Notes: generated by a model not told the origin, from the letters alone. Positions 9,722-21,762 are shown, numbered from the stretch's first letter. The stretch is DNA of 64,000 nt from Maricaulis sp. (GCA_042095695.1 JBELMP010000001.1:50642-114641), one strand, 5' to 3'. A program made the numbers and translations.

Positions 9722-10564
9722 ATGTCGACCACCGAACAACCGAGTTTCGACACGTGTTTTCATATCCATATGGTCTCCGACTCGACCGGCGAGACTCTGA
9801 TGGAGGTGATGCGCGCTTCCGTTGCGCAGTTCGAGGCGGCGACACCGCTGGAACATCTCTACGCCCTGGTCCGCTCGTCGCGGCAGCTGGAACGCGTGCT
9901 TGAAGAAATCGCCGCCTATCCAGGCGTCGTCATGTATACAATGGTCAATCCGGACCTGCGCCGGGAGCTGGAGACCAAATGTGTCGAGCTTGGCATTCCG
10001 GCAATTGCGGTTCTCGATCCGATGCTGGCGACCTTGAGCTCCTATCTTGGCCGACAGGTGGCGAGCCGCGCCGGCGCGCAACGCTCTTTGGACGCGGAGT
10101 ATTATCGCCGGATCGATGCGCTCAATTATGCCATGGCGCATGATGACGGACAGGGCGAGAATTTCGAGTCTGCGGACATCCTGCTGCTGGGCGTAAGCCG
10201 GACCTCGAAAACCCCGACCAGCATCTATCTCGCCCACAGGGGCTATCGCGCCGCAAACATCCCGCTGGTCCAGAATGTCCCCCTACCCGAAGAAGTCTAC
10301 AGCCTGAAAAATCCTCTCATTGTCGGGCTTACGGCATCACCGGAACGGATTGTCCAAATCCGCCGGAATCGATTGCTCAGCCTGAATGAGGATCGCGATA
10401 CCGATTATGTTGATGATTTCACGGTGCGCGAGGAAGTCCTTCAAGCCAAACGGCTGTTTGCCAAACACGGCTGGCCCAGTATCGATGTGACACGACGATC
10501 GATTGAAGAAACGGCTGCCAAAATCATCAACCTCCTCAACGACAAGAGAAGCAAGGGGCAATGA
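9722..10564 (+). CDS. PEP synthase/pyruvate phosphate dikinase regulatory kinase-pyrophosphorylase (DUF299)
   Basis: SDSTGET, HDDG, GVSRTSKTP, SIEETA. Confidence 0.95.
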   Translation: MSTTEQPSFDTCFHIHMVSDSTGETLMEVMRASVAQFEAATPLEHLYALVRSSRQLERVLEEIAAYPGVVMYTMVNPDLRRELETKCVELGIPAIAVLDPMLATLSSYLGRQVASRAGAQRSLDAEYYRRIDALNYAMAHDDGQGENFESADILLLGVSRTSKTPTSIYLAHRGYRAANIPLVQNVPLPEEVYSLKNPLIVGLTASPERIVQIRRNRLLSLNEDRDTDYVDDFTVREEVLQAKRLFAKHGWPSIDVTRRSIEETAAKIINLLNDKRSKGQ

Positions 10565-11151
10565 GCCATTTTGTTCTCGCTTCCGGAAGTGCGATCCGGC
10601 GACAAGTGCTCGAGGGCGCTGCGGTGGACTTCACGGTGGACAAGTCCGACGTCGATGAAGATGTGCTGAAACGGGCGAACACCGCACTTCCGCCATCAAG
10701 GATGGCCTTGCTCCTGGCCCGCGCGAAGGCTGCGAACGTGTCGGAACGGCGAGCGGGCGATCTGGTTCTTGGTGCCGACCAGACGATGGAGCTGGATGGC
10801 GAATTGCTCGACAAACTGCCGCAGGCCGAGCTGGCGCGGTCGCGTTTGCTCGCCATGCGCGGCAAGCCGCATTTCCTGCATTCCGGCCTTTCGCTATATC
10901 GCGATGGTCGTGAAGTCTGGTCCCATCAGCAAACCAGCACGCTTCACGTCCGGAACTTCTCCGACGGTTTTCTCGACAACTATCTCCAGCATGCCGGGTT
11001 CGCCCTGACCGCTAGTGTCGGCGCCTATGCCTATGAAGGCTTGGGCGCCCAGCTGTTTGAACGTGTCGAGGGCGATTATTACGCTATCCTCGGCCTGCCG
11101 CTTCTTCCCCTCCTTCAAGCTCTCAGAGATGACGGGATGCTCGTCCCATGA
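10561..11151 (+). CDS. maf: Maf family nucleotide pyrophosphatase
   Basis: LASGSAIRR, GADQ, VGAY, ILGLPL. Confidence 0.93.
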   Translation: MSHFVLASGSAIRRQVLEGAAVDFTVDKSDVDEDVLKRANTALPPSRMALLLARAKAANVSERRAGDLVLGADQTMELDGELLDKLPQAELARSRLLAMRGKPHFLHSGLSLYRDGREVWSHQQTSTLHVRNFSDGFLDNYLQHAGFALTASVGAYAYEGLGAQLFERVEGDYYAILGLPLLPLLQALRDDGMLVP

Positions 11152-11993
11152 CACCGACTGGTTCTGCAATCACGGCCGGCGTCATCGGCCAGCCCATCGC
11201 GCACTCACTCTCGCCCCTGATGATGTCCGCCTGGATCCGGGATGCGGGGATCGATGCCGTTTACACGCCCTATCTGGCCACGCCGCACATGTTCTCGCCG
11301 ATTGTCAGCTCGCTTTTCCGGGCGGGGCTGAGCGGCTTGAATGTGACCCTGCCGCATAAGACCGAAGCGCTTTCGCTCAGCCACCGCATCAGTGACCGGG
11401 CGGATCGTATCGGCGCGGCTAACCTCCTGACATGTGTAGACGGTGAAATCAGTGCGGATAATACAGATGCTATTGGTTTCATTTCTGCTTTGAAAAGTGC
11501 TGGTCATAACCCTCATGACAAGAAGGCGCTTGTCCTGGGCGCGGGCGGCGCTGCCCGGGCGATTGTTGACGGCCTTATCGAAGCCGGAATTTCAGGGCTG
11601 ACCGTATGCAATCGCAGCCGCGACCGGGCGCGCTCGATCAAGACGGATCTGGCGCCCATGGCCGAGATCGGCGGCTGGGATGATCGCAATGACGCGCTCG
11701 CCGATGCCGATATTGTCGTGAATGCCACCTCCTTGGGCCTTCGTGATCAGCCCGAGCTCGGTATGGACTGGGGTCAGGCCAAGCCGACAACAATTATTGC
11801 GGACTCAGTCTATGTTCCTCTGGAAACAGGGTTTCTGCGCACGGCGTCCGAGTCTGGGCTGGCTGTGGTCGACGGGCTTGGCATGCTGATCGAACAGGGA
11901 AAGCCAAGCTTTGAGGCGTTTTTCGGACGCCCGGTTCCCCGGGAGACCGATATCCGCAGCCTGCTCACAACCGCACTGGCGGCGCGGTCATGA
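11148..11993 (+). CDS. aroE: Shikimate dehydrogenase
   Basis: HSLSP, NVTLPHK, NTD, GAGGAA, GMLIEQ. Confidence 0.95.
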   Translation: MTPTGSAITAGVIGQPIAHSLSPLMMSAWIRDAGIDAVYTPYLATPHMFSPIVSSLFRAGLSGLNVTLPHKTEALSLSHRISDRADRIGAANLLTCVDGEISADNTDAIGFISALKSAGHNPHDKKALVLGAGGAARAIVDGLIEAGISGLTVCNRSRDRARSIKTDLAPMAEIGGWDDRNDALADADIVVNATSLGLRDQPELGMDWGQAKPTTIIADSVYVPLETGFLRTASESGLAVVDGLGMLIEQGKPSFEAFFGRPVPRETDIRSLLTTALAARS

Positions 11994-12598
11994 TCATTAT
12001 TGGTCTGACCGGCTCGATTGGCATGGGAAAGTCGGCAACGGCTGAACTCCTGCGTGCCGAGGGTTTGCCGGTGTTTGACAGTGATGCCTGTGTGCATGCG
12101 CTTTACGCACCAGGCGGAGCGGCAGTTGAGCCGGTTGGCGCCGCCTTTCCGGGCTGTATTGTCGATGGCGCTGTTGACCGGGCGAGCCTGAGCAGCCTGC
12201 TGGCCCGGGATCCTGAGGGGTTCCAGACGCTTGAAGCCATAGTCCATCCCTTGGTCAGCGCAGCGCGCGACCAGTTTCTTGCCGACGCTGCCGCGCAGGA
12301 TGCCTGGGCTGTCGTTTTTGATATTCCGCTGCTCTTCGAGACCGGTGCGCACGCCCTGGTCGATGTCATCCTCGTCGTACATGCGCCCGATGACATCCGG
12401 CGCGCGCGGGTATTGGACCGCCCGGGCATGACTGCGGACAAGCTGGACCAGATCATCGCGCGGCAAATGCCTGATGCGCAAAAACTGGAGCAGGCCGATT
12501 ATGCAATCGAAACCTCCGGCGGGCTTGCCGACGCCCGCGAACAGGTCCGCACTATGCTTCACACGCTCCGCAAGACTTTTGACAAGACGCCGGATTGA
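11990..12598 (+). CDS. coaE: Dephospho-CoA kinase
   Basis: GLTGSIGMGKS, DIPLLFE. Confidence 0.96.
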   Translation: MIIIGLTGSIGMGKSATAELLRAEGLPVFDSDACVHALYAPGGAAVEPVGAAFPGCIVDGAVDRASLSSLLARDPEGFQTLEAIVHPLVSAARDQFLADAAAQDAWAVVFDIPLLFETGAHALVDVILVVHAPDDIRRARVLDRPGMTADKLDQIIARQMPDAQKLEQADYAIETSGGLADAREQVRTMLHTLRKTFDKTPD

Positions 12599-12600
12599 TC

Positions 12601-13299
12601 ATGCGCGAAATCGTTTTTGATACCGAGACCACAGGGCTTGATCCCAATACCGGTGACCGGATTACCGAATTGGGCTGTGTCGAGGTGGTGGACTGCATAC
12701 CGACCGGCAAGACCTTTCATGCCTATGTCAATCCGCAGCGATCTATCCCAAAGGAAGTCGTTGAGATAACGGGCCTAACCACGGAGTTCCTGGCGGATAA
12801 ACCGCTATTTGAAGAGATTGCCCAGGAATTTGTGGACTTTGTCGGTGATGCCGTTCTGGTCGCCCATAATGCCGGCTTCGATCGCGGTTTCATCAATATG
12901 GAATTGGGACGAATGGGCCTGGAGATCTATCCGGAGGATAGGTTCAAGGACACGGCCCGTATTGCCCGGGCGAAATTCCCCGGCTCCTATGTCTCGCTGG
13001 ACGCGCTCTGCAAGCGATTCGAGATTTCACTGGAGACACGGGACAAACACGGAGCGCTGATCGATGCGCTCCTGCTCGCGGAAGTCTATCTGGAGCTGAC
13101 CGGCGGGCGGACCCAGGTCCTTGATCTGTCCGGCTCGGGTCGGCAATCCGCCAATGGCGAGGTGGAGTTTGCGACCCATTCGCCGCGCCCGGCACCGCTG
13201 GCGGCTCGGGTCACGGAGGATGAGCGCGCCGCCCACAGCGCCTTTATCGACGAGATGGGCGAAAACGCGCTCTGGAAACAGCTGAAGCTTGACGCTTAA
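12601..13299 (+). CDS. dnaQ: DNA polymerase III epsilon subunit
   Basis: DTETTG, HNAGFD, HGALIDA (DEDDh exonuclease). Confidence 0.96.
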   Translation: MREIVFDTETTGLDPNTGDRITELGCVEVVDCIPTGKTFHAYVNPQRSIPKEVVEITGLTTEFLADKPLFEEIAQEFVDFVGDAVLVAHNAGFDRGFINMELGRMGLEIYPEDRFKDTARIARAKFPGSYVSLDALCKRFEISLETRDKHGALIDALLLAEVYLELTGGRTQVLDLSGSGRQSANGEVEFATHSPRPAPLAARVTEDERAAHSAFIDEMGENALWKQLKLDA

Positions 13300-13814
13300 T
13301 TGCTGGCTGCCGGATCGCCATTGCCATTGGTGTCAGCGCCCTGAGCGGCCGCTGCGCGCTTGGCCAGCTGCGCCCGGTAGAGGCTCGCAAAATCGACCGG
13401 ATCCAGCATCAGCGGCGGGAAGCCGCCATCGCGCGTAATGTCCGCCAGGATGCGACGGGCAAACGGGAAGATCAGGCGCGGGCACTCGATCAACAGGAAG
13501 GGTTCGCGATCTGCATCGCTCACATTGGCCATCTGGAAGAGGCCTGCATAGGACAGCTCGGCGATGAAGACGACTTCATTCTCGCCGCGCTCGGCCTTGG
13601 CCGAGAAGTTCAGAACGACTTCAAACGTGTCCGGTGCGACGGTCCGCGCCTGGACATCAATCCCCATATCAATATTCGGCGTTCCGGTGCCGCGCATGGA
13701 ATCGGGAGCACCCGGATTCTCGAAGGAAAGATCCCTCACATACTGGCTCAGAATGCGCAGGGACGGCATTTGCGGCTGGGCGCCGGCTTCCGGCGTGTTC
13801 GGGGCATCAGTCAT
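13296..13814 (-). CDS. secB: Protein-export chaperone SecB
   Basis: QYVRDLSFENP, CPRLIFPFAR, PVDFASLY; start set at MTDAP. Confidence 0.95.
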   Translation of the reverse strand: MTDAPNTPEAGAQPQMPSLRILSQYVRDLSFENPGAPDSMRGTGTPNIDMGIDVQARTVAPDTFEVVLNFSAKAERGENEVVFIAELSYAGLFQMANVSDADREPFLLIECPRLIFPFARRILADITRDGGFPPLMLDPVDFASLYRAQLAKRAAAAQGADTNGNGDPAASN

Positions 13815-13998
13815 GGTTTTTCCCTTGCGGGTCGCATATTGTCGGGCACGGCCTGTCCGCCGCGGATTTGAAGCGCGCCGGTTAACATGCGCGCGAGTTC
13901 GCGGCAAGGCAGCGCCCTGTCATTGCAGAGGCTGACGTCGGGGCAAATCAGGCCTATATCTAAACCAAGCAAATTTGGATCTGTGAGCACGCATTACG

Positions 13999-14628
13999 AT
14001 GGCAGACGTTTTATCCATCCTGTTCTTTGGCGGTATCGCCATTTTCTTTGGCTATCGGCTCTATACGCTACTGGGCCGGAGCGAAGGTCATATGGAAGCG
14101 CCGCAAGCGCCGGAGAAAAAGAGAAATACTCTGCCAGAGCAGGGTGATAGACCGCATCTACGCCCGGCATTTGATGGCCCGGCCGCCGCAGGTCTGGAAG
14201 CCATTGCCAATGTCGATAGTCGGTTTGATCCGGCAAGCTTTGTCGAAGGCGCGCGCTCGGCTTACCAGATGATTGTCACGGCTTTTGCTGCCGGTGACCG
14301 CGCTACCTTGCAGGGTCTGCTCGCAGAAAATGTGCTCAAACGCTATGTGAAAGCCATCGACGATCGCGAAGCCCGCGACGAAAGTGTGAAAACAGAGATT
14401 GATGCTATTCGGGCCGCCGATATCACCGAGGCCGAGCTTTTCCAGGGCAAGGCCCGGGTCAAGGTTCGCTTCGACGCGGATATCGCGACCGAAACCCGCG
14501 ACAGCACCGGCAAGGTGGTGGCCGGTGATCTCGCCCAGGTAAATTCTGTCAAGGAATACTGGACATTCGAGCGCGATACGTCGAGCGCCGATCCAAACTG
14601 GGTTCTGGCCAGTGTTGCGATTGCCTAG
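13999..14628 (+). CDS. Tim44/TimA domain protein
   Basis: N-terminal TM segment, FVEGARSAY, EYWTFER...PNWVL; secB-tim44-mltA-smr synteny. Confidence 0.9.
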   Translation: MADVLSILFFGGIAIFFGYRLYTLLGRSEGHMEAPQAPEKKRNTLPEQGDRPHLRPAFDGPAAAGLEAIANVDSRFDPASFVEGARSAYQMIVTAFAAGDRATLQGLLAENVLKRYVKAIDDREARDESVKTEIDAIRAADITEAELFQGKARVKVRFDADIATETRDSTGKVVAGDLAQVNSVKEYWTFERDTSSADPNWVLASVAIA

Positions 14629-15874
14629 TCAGCCTCACCGGTGGACAGCTTTGCTGGCGAGCGCCGCCCTGAGCCTGCTCGTGGCCTGTCAGGCGCCACC
14701 GGAACCGGACCCGGAACCTGAACCTGCACAAGCGCCGAGCCTGCCCCGGGAGTTGGCGATTACACCGGCCCATTGGGATGCAATGGCGGGCTGGGCCACG
14801 GGCGATCCGCGCCCGGCCATAACCGCTTTCCAGCGAAACTGTGATGTCTGGCAACGCCGCGATATGGACGCCTGGTTGAACCCGCGCGCCCAATGGGCCG
14901 GGCGGATATCCGACTGGCTCCCGGCTTGCGCGGCGCTGGACCAGGGTTTTGCCGATCCCGGCTCGGCACGCCAGGCGCTTCAGGACGTGTTCCAGCCCAT
15001 GCGACTGACGGCCGTCGATCCGGAAGCCGAAACTGTCCGGCAGACCGGGCTGATGACCGGTTATTACGAGCCCTTTGTAGAGGTCCGGGAAACACGCCAG
15101 GGCAGTTTCACGCAGCCCTTGCGTCGCCGGCCTGATGATCTGGTCACTGTCGATCTCGGACGGTTTGATGAAAGCCTGGCTGGTCGCCGCCTGGTCGGGG
15201 AGGTCGAGGACGGGCAGCTCGTCGCCTATAAGGATCGTTCGGAGATTGAAGCGGAAGACGCTGGGGAGGTCTTTGCCTGGGGCGAACCGATCCATGTGTT
15301 TTTCCTGCAAATTCAAGGCTCCGGACGACTCGTCTATCCGGATGGCCGGCAGGAGCGTGCCGCTTTTGCGGCGCATAATGGACGTCCCTATCGCTCGATT
15401 GGCCGGGAATTGATCGAGCGCGGCGCGCTGGAAAGCCATGCCGCCTCGAAATCGGGGATCGAGGCCTGGCTGATTGCCAATGGTCCGGAGGCCACAGCGG
15501 AGCTGTTTTCGGTCAATCCGCGCTATGTGTTTTTCCGTACCGAAGCCTTGAGCGATCCCGATCTGGGTCCAGCCGGATCGGCCGGTATTGCGCTGACGCC
15601 GATGGCGTCCATCGCGGTCGATACGGCGCACCAGGCGCATGGGGTGCCGATCTGGATACGTGCCGACCTGCCCGAGCTTTCCAATTGGACCGGACTTGTC
15701 ATCGCCCAGGATAGCGGTGGGGCGATAACCGGGCCGATCCGCGGAGATTTCTTCTGGGGCTGGGGCGATACGGCAGAGCGGCGAGCCGGAACGACGCGGG
15801 CACAGGCGCAGTGGACCGCCCTGCTTCCGGCAGAGATTGCGCAAACAATCATCGACGCGACCCCGCCGGCCTGA
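14612..15874 (+). CDS. mltA: Membrane-bound lytic murein transglycosylase A (lipoprotein)
   Basis: Lipobox LVAC, TGYYEP, FFLQIQGSG, AQDSGGAI, DFFWG. Confidence 0.93.
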   Translation: MLRLPSQPHRWTALLASAALSLLVACQAPPEPDPEPEPAQAPSLPRELAITPAHWDAMAGWATGDPRPAITAFQRNCDVWQRRDMDAWLNPRAQWAGRISDWLPACAALDQGFADPGSARQALQDVFQPMRLTAVDPEAETVRQTGLMTGYYEPFVEVRETRQGSFTQPLRRRPDDLVTVDLGRFDESLAGRRLVGEVEDGQLVAYKDRSEIEAEDAGEVFAWGEPIHVFFLQIQGSGRLVYPDGRQERAAFAAHNGRPYRSIGRELIERGALESHAASKSGIEAWLIANGPEATAELFSVNPRYVFFRTEALSDPDLGPAGSAGIALTPMASIAVDTAHQAHGVPIWIRADLPELSNWTGLVIAQDSGGAITGPIRGDFFWGWGDTAERRAGTTRAQAQWTALLPAEIAQTIIDATPPA

Positions 15875-15877
15875 CCG

Positions 15878-16492
15878 ATGGGATCCAAACGTCCTTTACA
15901 GCCGGAAGAACGGCAGATCTGGCGCAAGGTCGCCAAATCCGTCAAACCGCTGGATGCCACAAGGGCAAAATCACTCGAGGATGCTCCGCCTGCCGACAGG
16001 ACGGGTGAAGCATCGGGAAAAACATCCGCAAAGACATCCGCGAAAACATCGGGCAAGCCGGCTAAGCGCAAACCTGCCAAGGACCGGCCCTCTCATCACC
16101 CGCACCAGCCGCCACAACGGCATCATCACGCCCGGGTCCCGGTTGACCGGAGTGCCGAAAAACGGGTGCGCCGGGGTCGTCTGGAGATTGATGCCCGGAT
16201 TGATCTTCACGGTCTCACACAGGCGCAGGCCCTGAGCGCCCTGACCCATTTCCTGCGCATGGCTTATCAAGAGGGCTATCGCACGGTGCTGGTCATTACC
16301 GGTAAGGGGTTGAAGCCGCGCGAGGACACACCAGAGCCCTGGGATTATCCCGAGGCACCCGGTGTTCTAAGGCGTAACTTGCCGGAATGGTTGAGAAAAC
16401 CAACATTGCGTCAGTGGGTGTCAGGATATTCGCAATCCCATGCGCGCCATGGCGGAGGCGGTGCTTTTTACGTCACCCTGCGCACCCGATAG
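15878..16492 (+). CDS. Smr/MutS2 domain protein
   Basis: IDLHG, VITGKG, HGGGGAFYV. Confidence 0.92.
   Translation: MGSKRPLQPEERQIWRKVAKSVKPLDATRAKSLEDAPPADRTGEASGKTSAKTSAKTSGKPAKRKPAKDRPSHHPHQPPQRHHHARVPVDRSAEKRVRRGRLEIDARIDLHGLTQAQALSALTHFLRMAYQEGYRTVLVITGKGLKPREDTPEPWDYPEAPGVLRRNLPEWLRKPTLRQWVSGYSQSHARHGGGGAFYVTLRTR
16010..16057 (+). repeat. 4 x 12-bp degenerate in-frame tandem repeat (ASGK/TSAK/TSAK/TSGK)
   Basis: gcatcgggaaaa acatccgcaaag acatccgcgaaa acatcgggcaag. Confidence 0.8.
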
Positions 16493-16498
16493 ACGGCG

Positions 16499-17809
16499 CT
16501 AGAGAATGAATTTGCTCAGATCTGCATTCTTGGCGAGTTCGCCAACATGGGTTGCGACATAATCGGCATTGATGCTGATGGTCTCGCCATCCCGGTCCGA
16601 TGCGGTGAAGGACACCTCTTCCACCAGTTTTTCCATGATGGTCTGCAGGCGGCGGGCGCCGATATTCTCGACCGAGGCGTTCACATCAGCGGCCAGCTGC
16701 GCAATGGCCTCGATCGCATCATCGGTAAATTCAAGGGTCAGCCCCTCGGTAGCCAGCAGCGCCGTGTATTGGCGGACCAGATTGGCTTCTGGCTCGGTCA
16801 GGATGCGTTTGAAATCATCCTTGGTCAGCGCTGTAAGCTCGACCCGGATCGGCAAACGTCCCTGGAGTTCGGGCAGCATGTCGGACGGTTTGGCGACGTG
16901 AAAGGCGCCGGAGGCAATAAACAGGATATGATCCGTTTTCACCGCGCCATGCTTGGTGGTGACGGTCGTTCCCTCGATCAGCGGGAGCAGATCGCGCTGG
17001 ACACCCTCGCGTGAGACATCGGCACCGCGCGCATCGGATCGCGCAGCGATCTTGTCAATCTCGTCGAGGAAGACAATACCTTCATTCTCGGCCAGCTTGA
17101 TGGCTTCCGCGGTGATCTGGCCGTCATCAAGAAGCTTGTCCGCCTCCTCATTGATGAGCGGTTCATAGGCGTCCTTGACCTTCATCCTGACGGTCTTGGT
17201 CTGATGCGGCAGACCCTTGCCGAAAATATCTCCAAGATTGAGCAGGCCTGCGGACCCGCCCTGCATGCCGGGAATATCCAGCATTTGCAGCGGTGAGCCA
17301 CTGCTTTCGGCAAGCTGGATCTCGACATCCTTGTCGTCCAGCTCGCCCGAGCGCAGACGCTGACGGAATTTGTCCCGCGTGGTTTCACCGGCGCCCGGTC
17401 CGACCAGCGCCTCGAGCACGCGGTCTTCTGCCGCCTGGTGGGCCTTGGCCTTCACCGCCTCGCGCTTTTGTTCTCGGACCAGGTGGATGGAGATTTCCAC
17501 GAGATCGCGGGCGATCTGGTCCACATCCCGTCCGACATAGCCAACCTCGGTGAATTTGGTCGCCTCGATCTTGATGAAGGGCGCCTTGGCCAGCTTGGCC
17601 AGACGGCGCGAGATCTCGGTCTTGCCGACGCCGGTTGGCCCGATCATCAGAATGTTTTTCGGCGTGACCTCTTCTGCCAGATCGGCATCGAGCTGTTTTC
17701 GGCGCCAGCGATTGCGCAGCGCCAGGGCCACCGCCTTCTTGGCGTCAGCCTGGCCGACAATGAAACGGTCGAGTTCGGATACTATTTCGCGAGGAGAAAA
17801 ATCGGTCAT
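16499..17809 (-). CDS. hslU: ATP-dependent protease ATPase subunit HslU
   Basis: [30 protein letters not shown]. Confidence 0.98.
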   Translation of the reverse strand: MTDFSPREIVSELDRFIVGQADAKKAVALALRNRWRRKQLDADLAEEVTPKNILMIGPTGVGKTEISRRLAKLAKAPFIKIEATKFTEVGYVGRDVDQIARDLVEISIHLVREQKREAVKAKAHQAAEDRVLEALVGPGAGETTRDKFRQRLRSGELDDKDVEIQLAESSGSPLQMLDIPGMQGGSAGLLNLGDIFGKGLPHQTKTVRMKVKDAYEPLINEEADKLLDDGQITAEAIKLAENEGIVFLDEIDKIAARSDARGADVSREGVQRDLLPLIEGTTVTTKHGAVKTDHILFIASGAFHVAKPSDMLPELQGRLPIRVELTALTKDDFKRILTEPEANLVRQYTALLATEGLTLEFTDDAIEAIAQLAADVNASVENIGARRLQTIMEKLVEEVSFTASDRDGETISINADYVATHVGELAKNADLSKFIL

Positions 17810-17887
17810 GGATCGTCTGATTGATTGGAACTGTGTCCCATGTAATCAGGGGCGGGCATCCAGACCAGACCCGAAAGACAGAAACCG

Positions 17888-18310
17888 ATGACGCGACCCC
17901 GTTTCCATCTCGCCTTTCCTGTCGATGATCTTGCCGCCGCGCGGGTCTTTTATGGTGGCTTGCTTGGCTGTCCGGAAGGCCGGTCCTCGGAGCACTGGAT
18001 CGATTTCGATCTCCTCGGACATCAGATTGTTGCTCATCTCGCACCGGACGAATGCCGAGACGCCTCGGTCGGTGCGGTTGACGGCAAGGCCGTGCCCGTA
18101 CGCCATTTTGGTCTCATCCTGGACTGGACTGACTGGGAGGATCTCGGGACGAGGCTGCGGTCTGCGGGCTCTGACTTCATCATCGAGCCCTATATCCGTT
18201 TTGCCGGGGAGCCGGGTGAACAGGGTACATTCTTCGTCCGCGACCCTGCGGGTAACGCCCTGGAGTTCAAGACCTTTCGCGATATCGATGGACAGGTTTT
18301 CGCGCGCTAG
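17888..18310 (+). CDS. VOC/glyoxalase family protein
   Basis: [29 protein letters not shown]. Confidence 0.9.
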   Translation: MTRPRFHLAFPVDDLAAARVFYGGLLGCPEGRSSEHWIDFDLLGHQIVAHLAPDECRDASVGAVDGKAVPVRHFGLILDWTDWEDLGTRLRSAGSDFIIEPYIRFAGEPGEQGTFFVRDPAGNALEFKTFRDIDGQVFAR

Positions 18311-21300
18311 GCGGGCGTTACGATGGCAAGGAGATCCTTGGCATCGACCTGTGTCCCCGAGCGTACCGCCAGGCGCGTGACCTTGCCCTTGAGCTGGGCG
18401 GCAATCACCGTCTCCATTTTCATCGCTTCGAGTGTCATGAGGATGTCACCAGGCTCGACCGGATCGCCCTCATTGACAACGACGGCGGCAATCATGCCGG
18501 CCATGGGGGCGGGTATCTGGTTCGGATCACCCGGATCGGCGACATCATTGACCGGTGCGCTGGGGGCGACCGAGGCATCAGTCGTGCGGATACTGCGCGG
18601 CTGGCCGTTGAGTTCGAAAAACACCTCCCGCTCGCCATGCGCATCAACCTCGCCGATTGCCATCATCCGGATGTTCAGCGTCTTGCCGGGCTCGATCTCG
18701 ATCGCGATCTCCTCTCCGGCCTCCATGCCATAGAAGAAGACCGGGGTCGGCAGCATGTCGACACGGCCATAGCGTTGCCGATGATCGAGATAATCCTTGA
18801 AGACCTTGGGATACATCACCGCTGAGGCGATATCCCGCGGCGTCGGAGCGAAGGGGGTGTGCGGCCGGATATCCTCGGCCACGGCGTCAAAATCGACCGG
18901 GTCGAGATGGGCGCCGGGTCGCTGGCCCAGGGGTGACGTTCCACGCAAGGCCTTGGCCTGAAGCAGTTCAGGCCAGCCGCCGGGCGGATGCCCCAGCTCG
19001 CCACGCAGCATGGAAACAACGGATTCGGGGAAATTTACATCGGTATCAGGATCGAGCACATCCTCCGGCGTCAGCCCGCTGGAGACCATGTACAGCGCCA
19101 TATCGCCCACGACTTTCGAGGAGGGCGTGACTTTCACAATATCGCCAAACATCAGATTGACCGCGCCATACATTTCCGCGACTTCATGCCAGCGCTCGGC
19201 AAGGCCGATCGCTCGCGCCTGCTCCTTGAGATTGGTGAATTGTCCGCCCGGCATTTCATGCAGATAGACTTCCGAAGCACCGGCGCGCAGGTCCGGCTCG
19301 AAAGCGGCATATTGGGTGCGAACGGCCTCCCAATAATCGGATATCCGCCGGATGGCGGCCGGGTCCAGCCCGGTTGCGCGTTCGGTATCGGCCAGCGCCG
19401 TCACGATAGAGCCGAGATTGGGCTGGGAGGTGAGGCCGGACAGGCTGTCCATGGCCGCATCCACCGCATCGGCGCCGGCCTCGGCGGCGGCGAGCACGGT
19501 CGCGGCGGCAATACCGGACGTGTCATGGGTGTGGAAATGGACCGGCAGGCCGGTTTCTGCCTTGAGACGTTTGACCAGGGCGGTGATCTGCCGCGGTCGC
19601 GCCAGGCCAGCCATATCCTTGATCCCCAGAATATGGGCGCCGGCGGATTTCATCTCCAGCGCCAGCTCGGTGTAGTAATCCAGATTGTATTTCGGGCGGG
19701 CCGGATCGAACAGATCGCCCGTATAGCAAATGGCGGCTTCACACAGCCGGTCGGTCTTGAGAACCGCATCGAGGGCGACCTTCATATTGTCGCTCAGATT
19801 GAGACTGTCGAAGACCCGGAAGACATCAATCCCGGTCTCGGCAGCCCGTTCGACGAAATAGGCCACCGCATTGTCTGGATAGCTTGTATAGCCAACCCCG
19901 TTAGAGGCCCGCAGCAGCATTTGCAGGAGAATATTCGGCGTGCGCTCCCGGATCGCTTCAAGACGGTCCCAGGAATCCTCCTTGAGGAAACGCAAGGCCA
20001 CATCAAATGTCGCGCCGCCCCAGCATTCCAGGGAGAAAAGGTCGGGAAGATTGCGCGCATAGGACTCCGCAATCTGCACCATGTCATAACTGCGCATGCG
20101 CGTTGCCAGCAGGGATTGATGCCCATCGCGCATGGTCGTGTCCGTCATCAGTACCCGGGTCTGGTCCAGCATCCAGTCGCGAAAACCCTCCGGACCGAGC
20201 CTGTCGAGGCGCTGGCGGGTGCCTTCAGGCAGGTCCGGGCCCGTATGCAGCGGGGCGGGCAGAACCGGCGGATTGGCATGGGCAGGCGGTAGCGGTCGAT
20301 TCTCGACCTCGGGATTACCATTCACCGTCACCTCGGCGATGAAGCCGAGCAGTCGCGTCGCTCGATCGCGCCGTCGGGCGAATTTGAACAAGTCCGGCGT
20401 GGTATCGATAAAACGGGTCGTAACATTGCCCGACACGAAATCAGGATGATTGATGACGTTTTCCAGGAAGGCGATATTGGTCGACACCCCGCGAATACGA
20501 AACTCGCGCAGGGCCCGGTCCATCCGCCGTGCCGCATCCTCTGGAGACGCGGCCCAGGCGGTGACTTTTTCAAGCAGGCTGTCGAAATAGCCGGTGATCA
20601 CCGCGCCGGAATAGGCGGTGCCGCCATCCAGGCGAATGCCGAAACCCGTGGCGCCGCGATAGGCGGTAATCCGGCCATAATCCGGCGTGAAATTATTTTG
20701 CGGATCTTCCGTCGTCACCCGGCACTGGACGGCATGTCCGCGCAGGATAATGTCCGCCTGGGCAGGCACGCCCGAGGTGGACAGATCACCGATCTTTGCG
20801 CCCCGCGCGATCTGGATCTGGGCGCGGACAATATCAATACCGGTGACTTCCTCGGTCACGGTGTGTTCGACCTGGACACGCGGATTGACCTCGATGAAGT
20901 AGAAAGCCCCGCTATCCGCATCCATCAGAAATTCGACTGTGCCGGCACCGGAATAGCTGGCGCTCTGGCCCAGTCGCAGCGCCGCATCACAGATCGCCGT
21001 GCGTGTTGCCTCGCTCATATTCGGCGCTGGCGCTCGCTCGACGACTTTCTGATTGCGCCGCTGAACCGTACAGTCGCGCTCATAGAGATGGACGAGATTG
21101 CCATGGGTATCGCCGAGCAATTGCACCTCGATATGACGGGCGCGCTCAACGAGTTTTTCCAGATAGACCTCATCCTTGCCAAAGGCCGCACCGGCTTCGC
21201 GCCGGCCGGCATCGATCTGCTCGAGCAATTCGCTTTCCTGACTGATCACACGCATGCCGCGACCGCCGCCGCCCCAGCTCGCCTTGAGCATGACGGGATA

Positions 21301-21762
21301 GCCGATCTCTGCCGCCAGCCTGCGACAGGTGTCAGCATCTGTCGGGAGGGCCGATGTGGCAGGCATGACAGGCACATTGGCCGCCTCGGCGAGGTTCCGG
21401 GCAGCGATCTTATTGCCCAGGCGACGCATCACATCGGCGCTAGGGCCGACAAAGGTGATGCCGGCCTCGGCGCAGGCATCTGCCAGCTCGGGGCTTTCTG
21501 AGAGGAAACCATAGCCCGGGTGGATCATGGAGGCGCCGGCCTTGCGCGCCGTGGCGATGATATCCTCAATACTCAGATAGGCTTTGACCGGTCCCAGCCC
21601 GCGGCCGATCAGATAGCTCTCATCAGCCTTGAAGCGGTGCAGGGCGAGCTTGTCCTCGTCGGAATAGATGGCAACGGTGCGCAGGCCGATCTCGGTCGCA
21701 GCCCGCATGATGCGAATGGCGATTTCGCTGCGATTGGCAATGAGGATTTTTTCAGCGGACAT
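18307..21762 (-). CDS. pyc: Pyruvate carboxylase
   Basis: Biotin carboxylase domain ([15 protein letters not shown]), carboxyltransferase domain (RDGHQS, HFHTHD) and biotin motif EAMKM. Confidence 0.97.
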   Translation of the reverse strand: MSAEKILIANRSEIAIRIMRAATEIGLRTVAIYSDEDKLALHRFKADESYLIGRGLGPVKAYLSIEDIIATARKAGASMIHPGYGFLSESPELADACAEAGITFVGPSADVMRRLGNKIAARNLAEAANVPVMPATSALPTDADTCRRLAAEIGYPVMLKASWGGGGRGMRVISQESELLEQIDAGRREAGAAFGKDEVYLEKLVERARHIEVQLLGDTHGNLVHLYERDCTVQRRNQKVVERAPAPNMSEATRTAICDAALRLGQSASYSGAGTVEFLMDADSGAFYFIEVNPRVQVEHTVTEEVTGIDIVRAQIQIARGAKIGDLSTSGVPAQADIILRGHAVQCRVTTEDPQNNFTPDYGRITAYRGATGFGIRLDGGTAYSGAVITGYFDSLLEKVTAWAASPEDAARRMDRALREFRIRGVSTNIAFLENVINHPDFVSGNVTTRFIDTTPDLFKFARRRDRATRLLGFIAEVTVNGNPEVENRPLPPAHANPPVLPAPLHTGPDLPEGTRQRLDRLGPEGFRDWMLDQTRVLMTDTTMRDGHQSLLATRMRSYDMVQIAESYARNLPDLFSLECWGGATFDVALRFLKEDSWDRLEAIRERTPNILLQMLLRASNGVGYTSYPDNAVAYFVERAAETGIDVFRVFDSLNLSDNMKVALDAVLKTDRLCEAAICYTGDLFDPARPKYNLDYYTELALEMKSAGAHILGIKDMAGLARPRQITALVKRLKAETGLPVHFHTHDTSGIAAATVLAAAEAGADAVDAAMDSLSGLTSQPNLGSIVTALADTERATGLDPAAIRRISDYWEAVRTQYAAFEPDLRAGASEVYLHEMPGGQFTNLKEQARAIGLAERWHEVAEMYGAVNLMFGDIVKVTPSSKVVGDMALYMVSSGLTPEDVLDPDTDVNFPESVVSMLRGELGHPPGGWPELLQAKALRGTSPLGQRPGAHLDPVDFDAVAEDIRPHTPFAPTPRDIASAVMYPKVFKDYLDHRQRYGRVDMLPTPVFFYGMEAGEEIAIEIEPGKTLNIRMMAIGEVDAHGEREVFFELNGQPRSIRTTDASVAPSAPVNDVADPGDPNQIPAPMAGMIAAVVVNEGDPVEPGDILMTLEAMKMETVIAAQLKGKVTRLAVRSGTQVDAKDLLAIVTPA

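Noticed and set aside
18988-21501. Long antisense ORFs opposite pyc (similar ones lie opposite gyrB, dnaA, ubiB, mltA and cysK)
   Set aside because: Shadow ORFs expected from GC-rich codon bias on the antisense strand of clear housekeeping genes.
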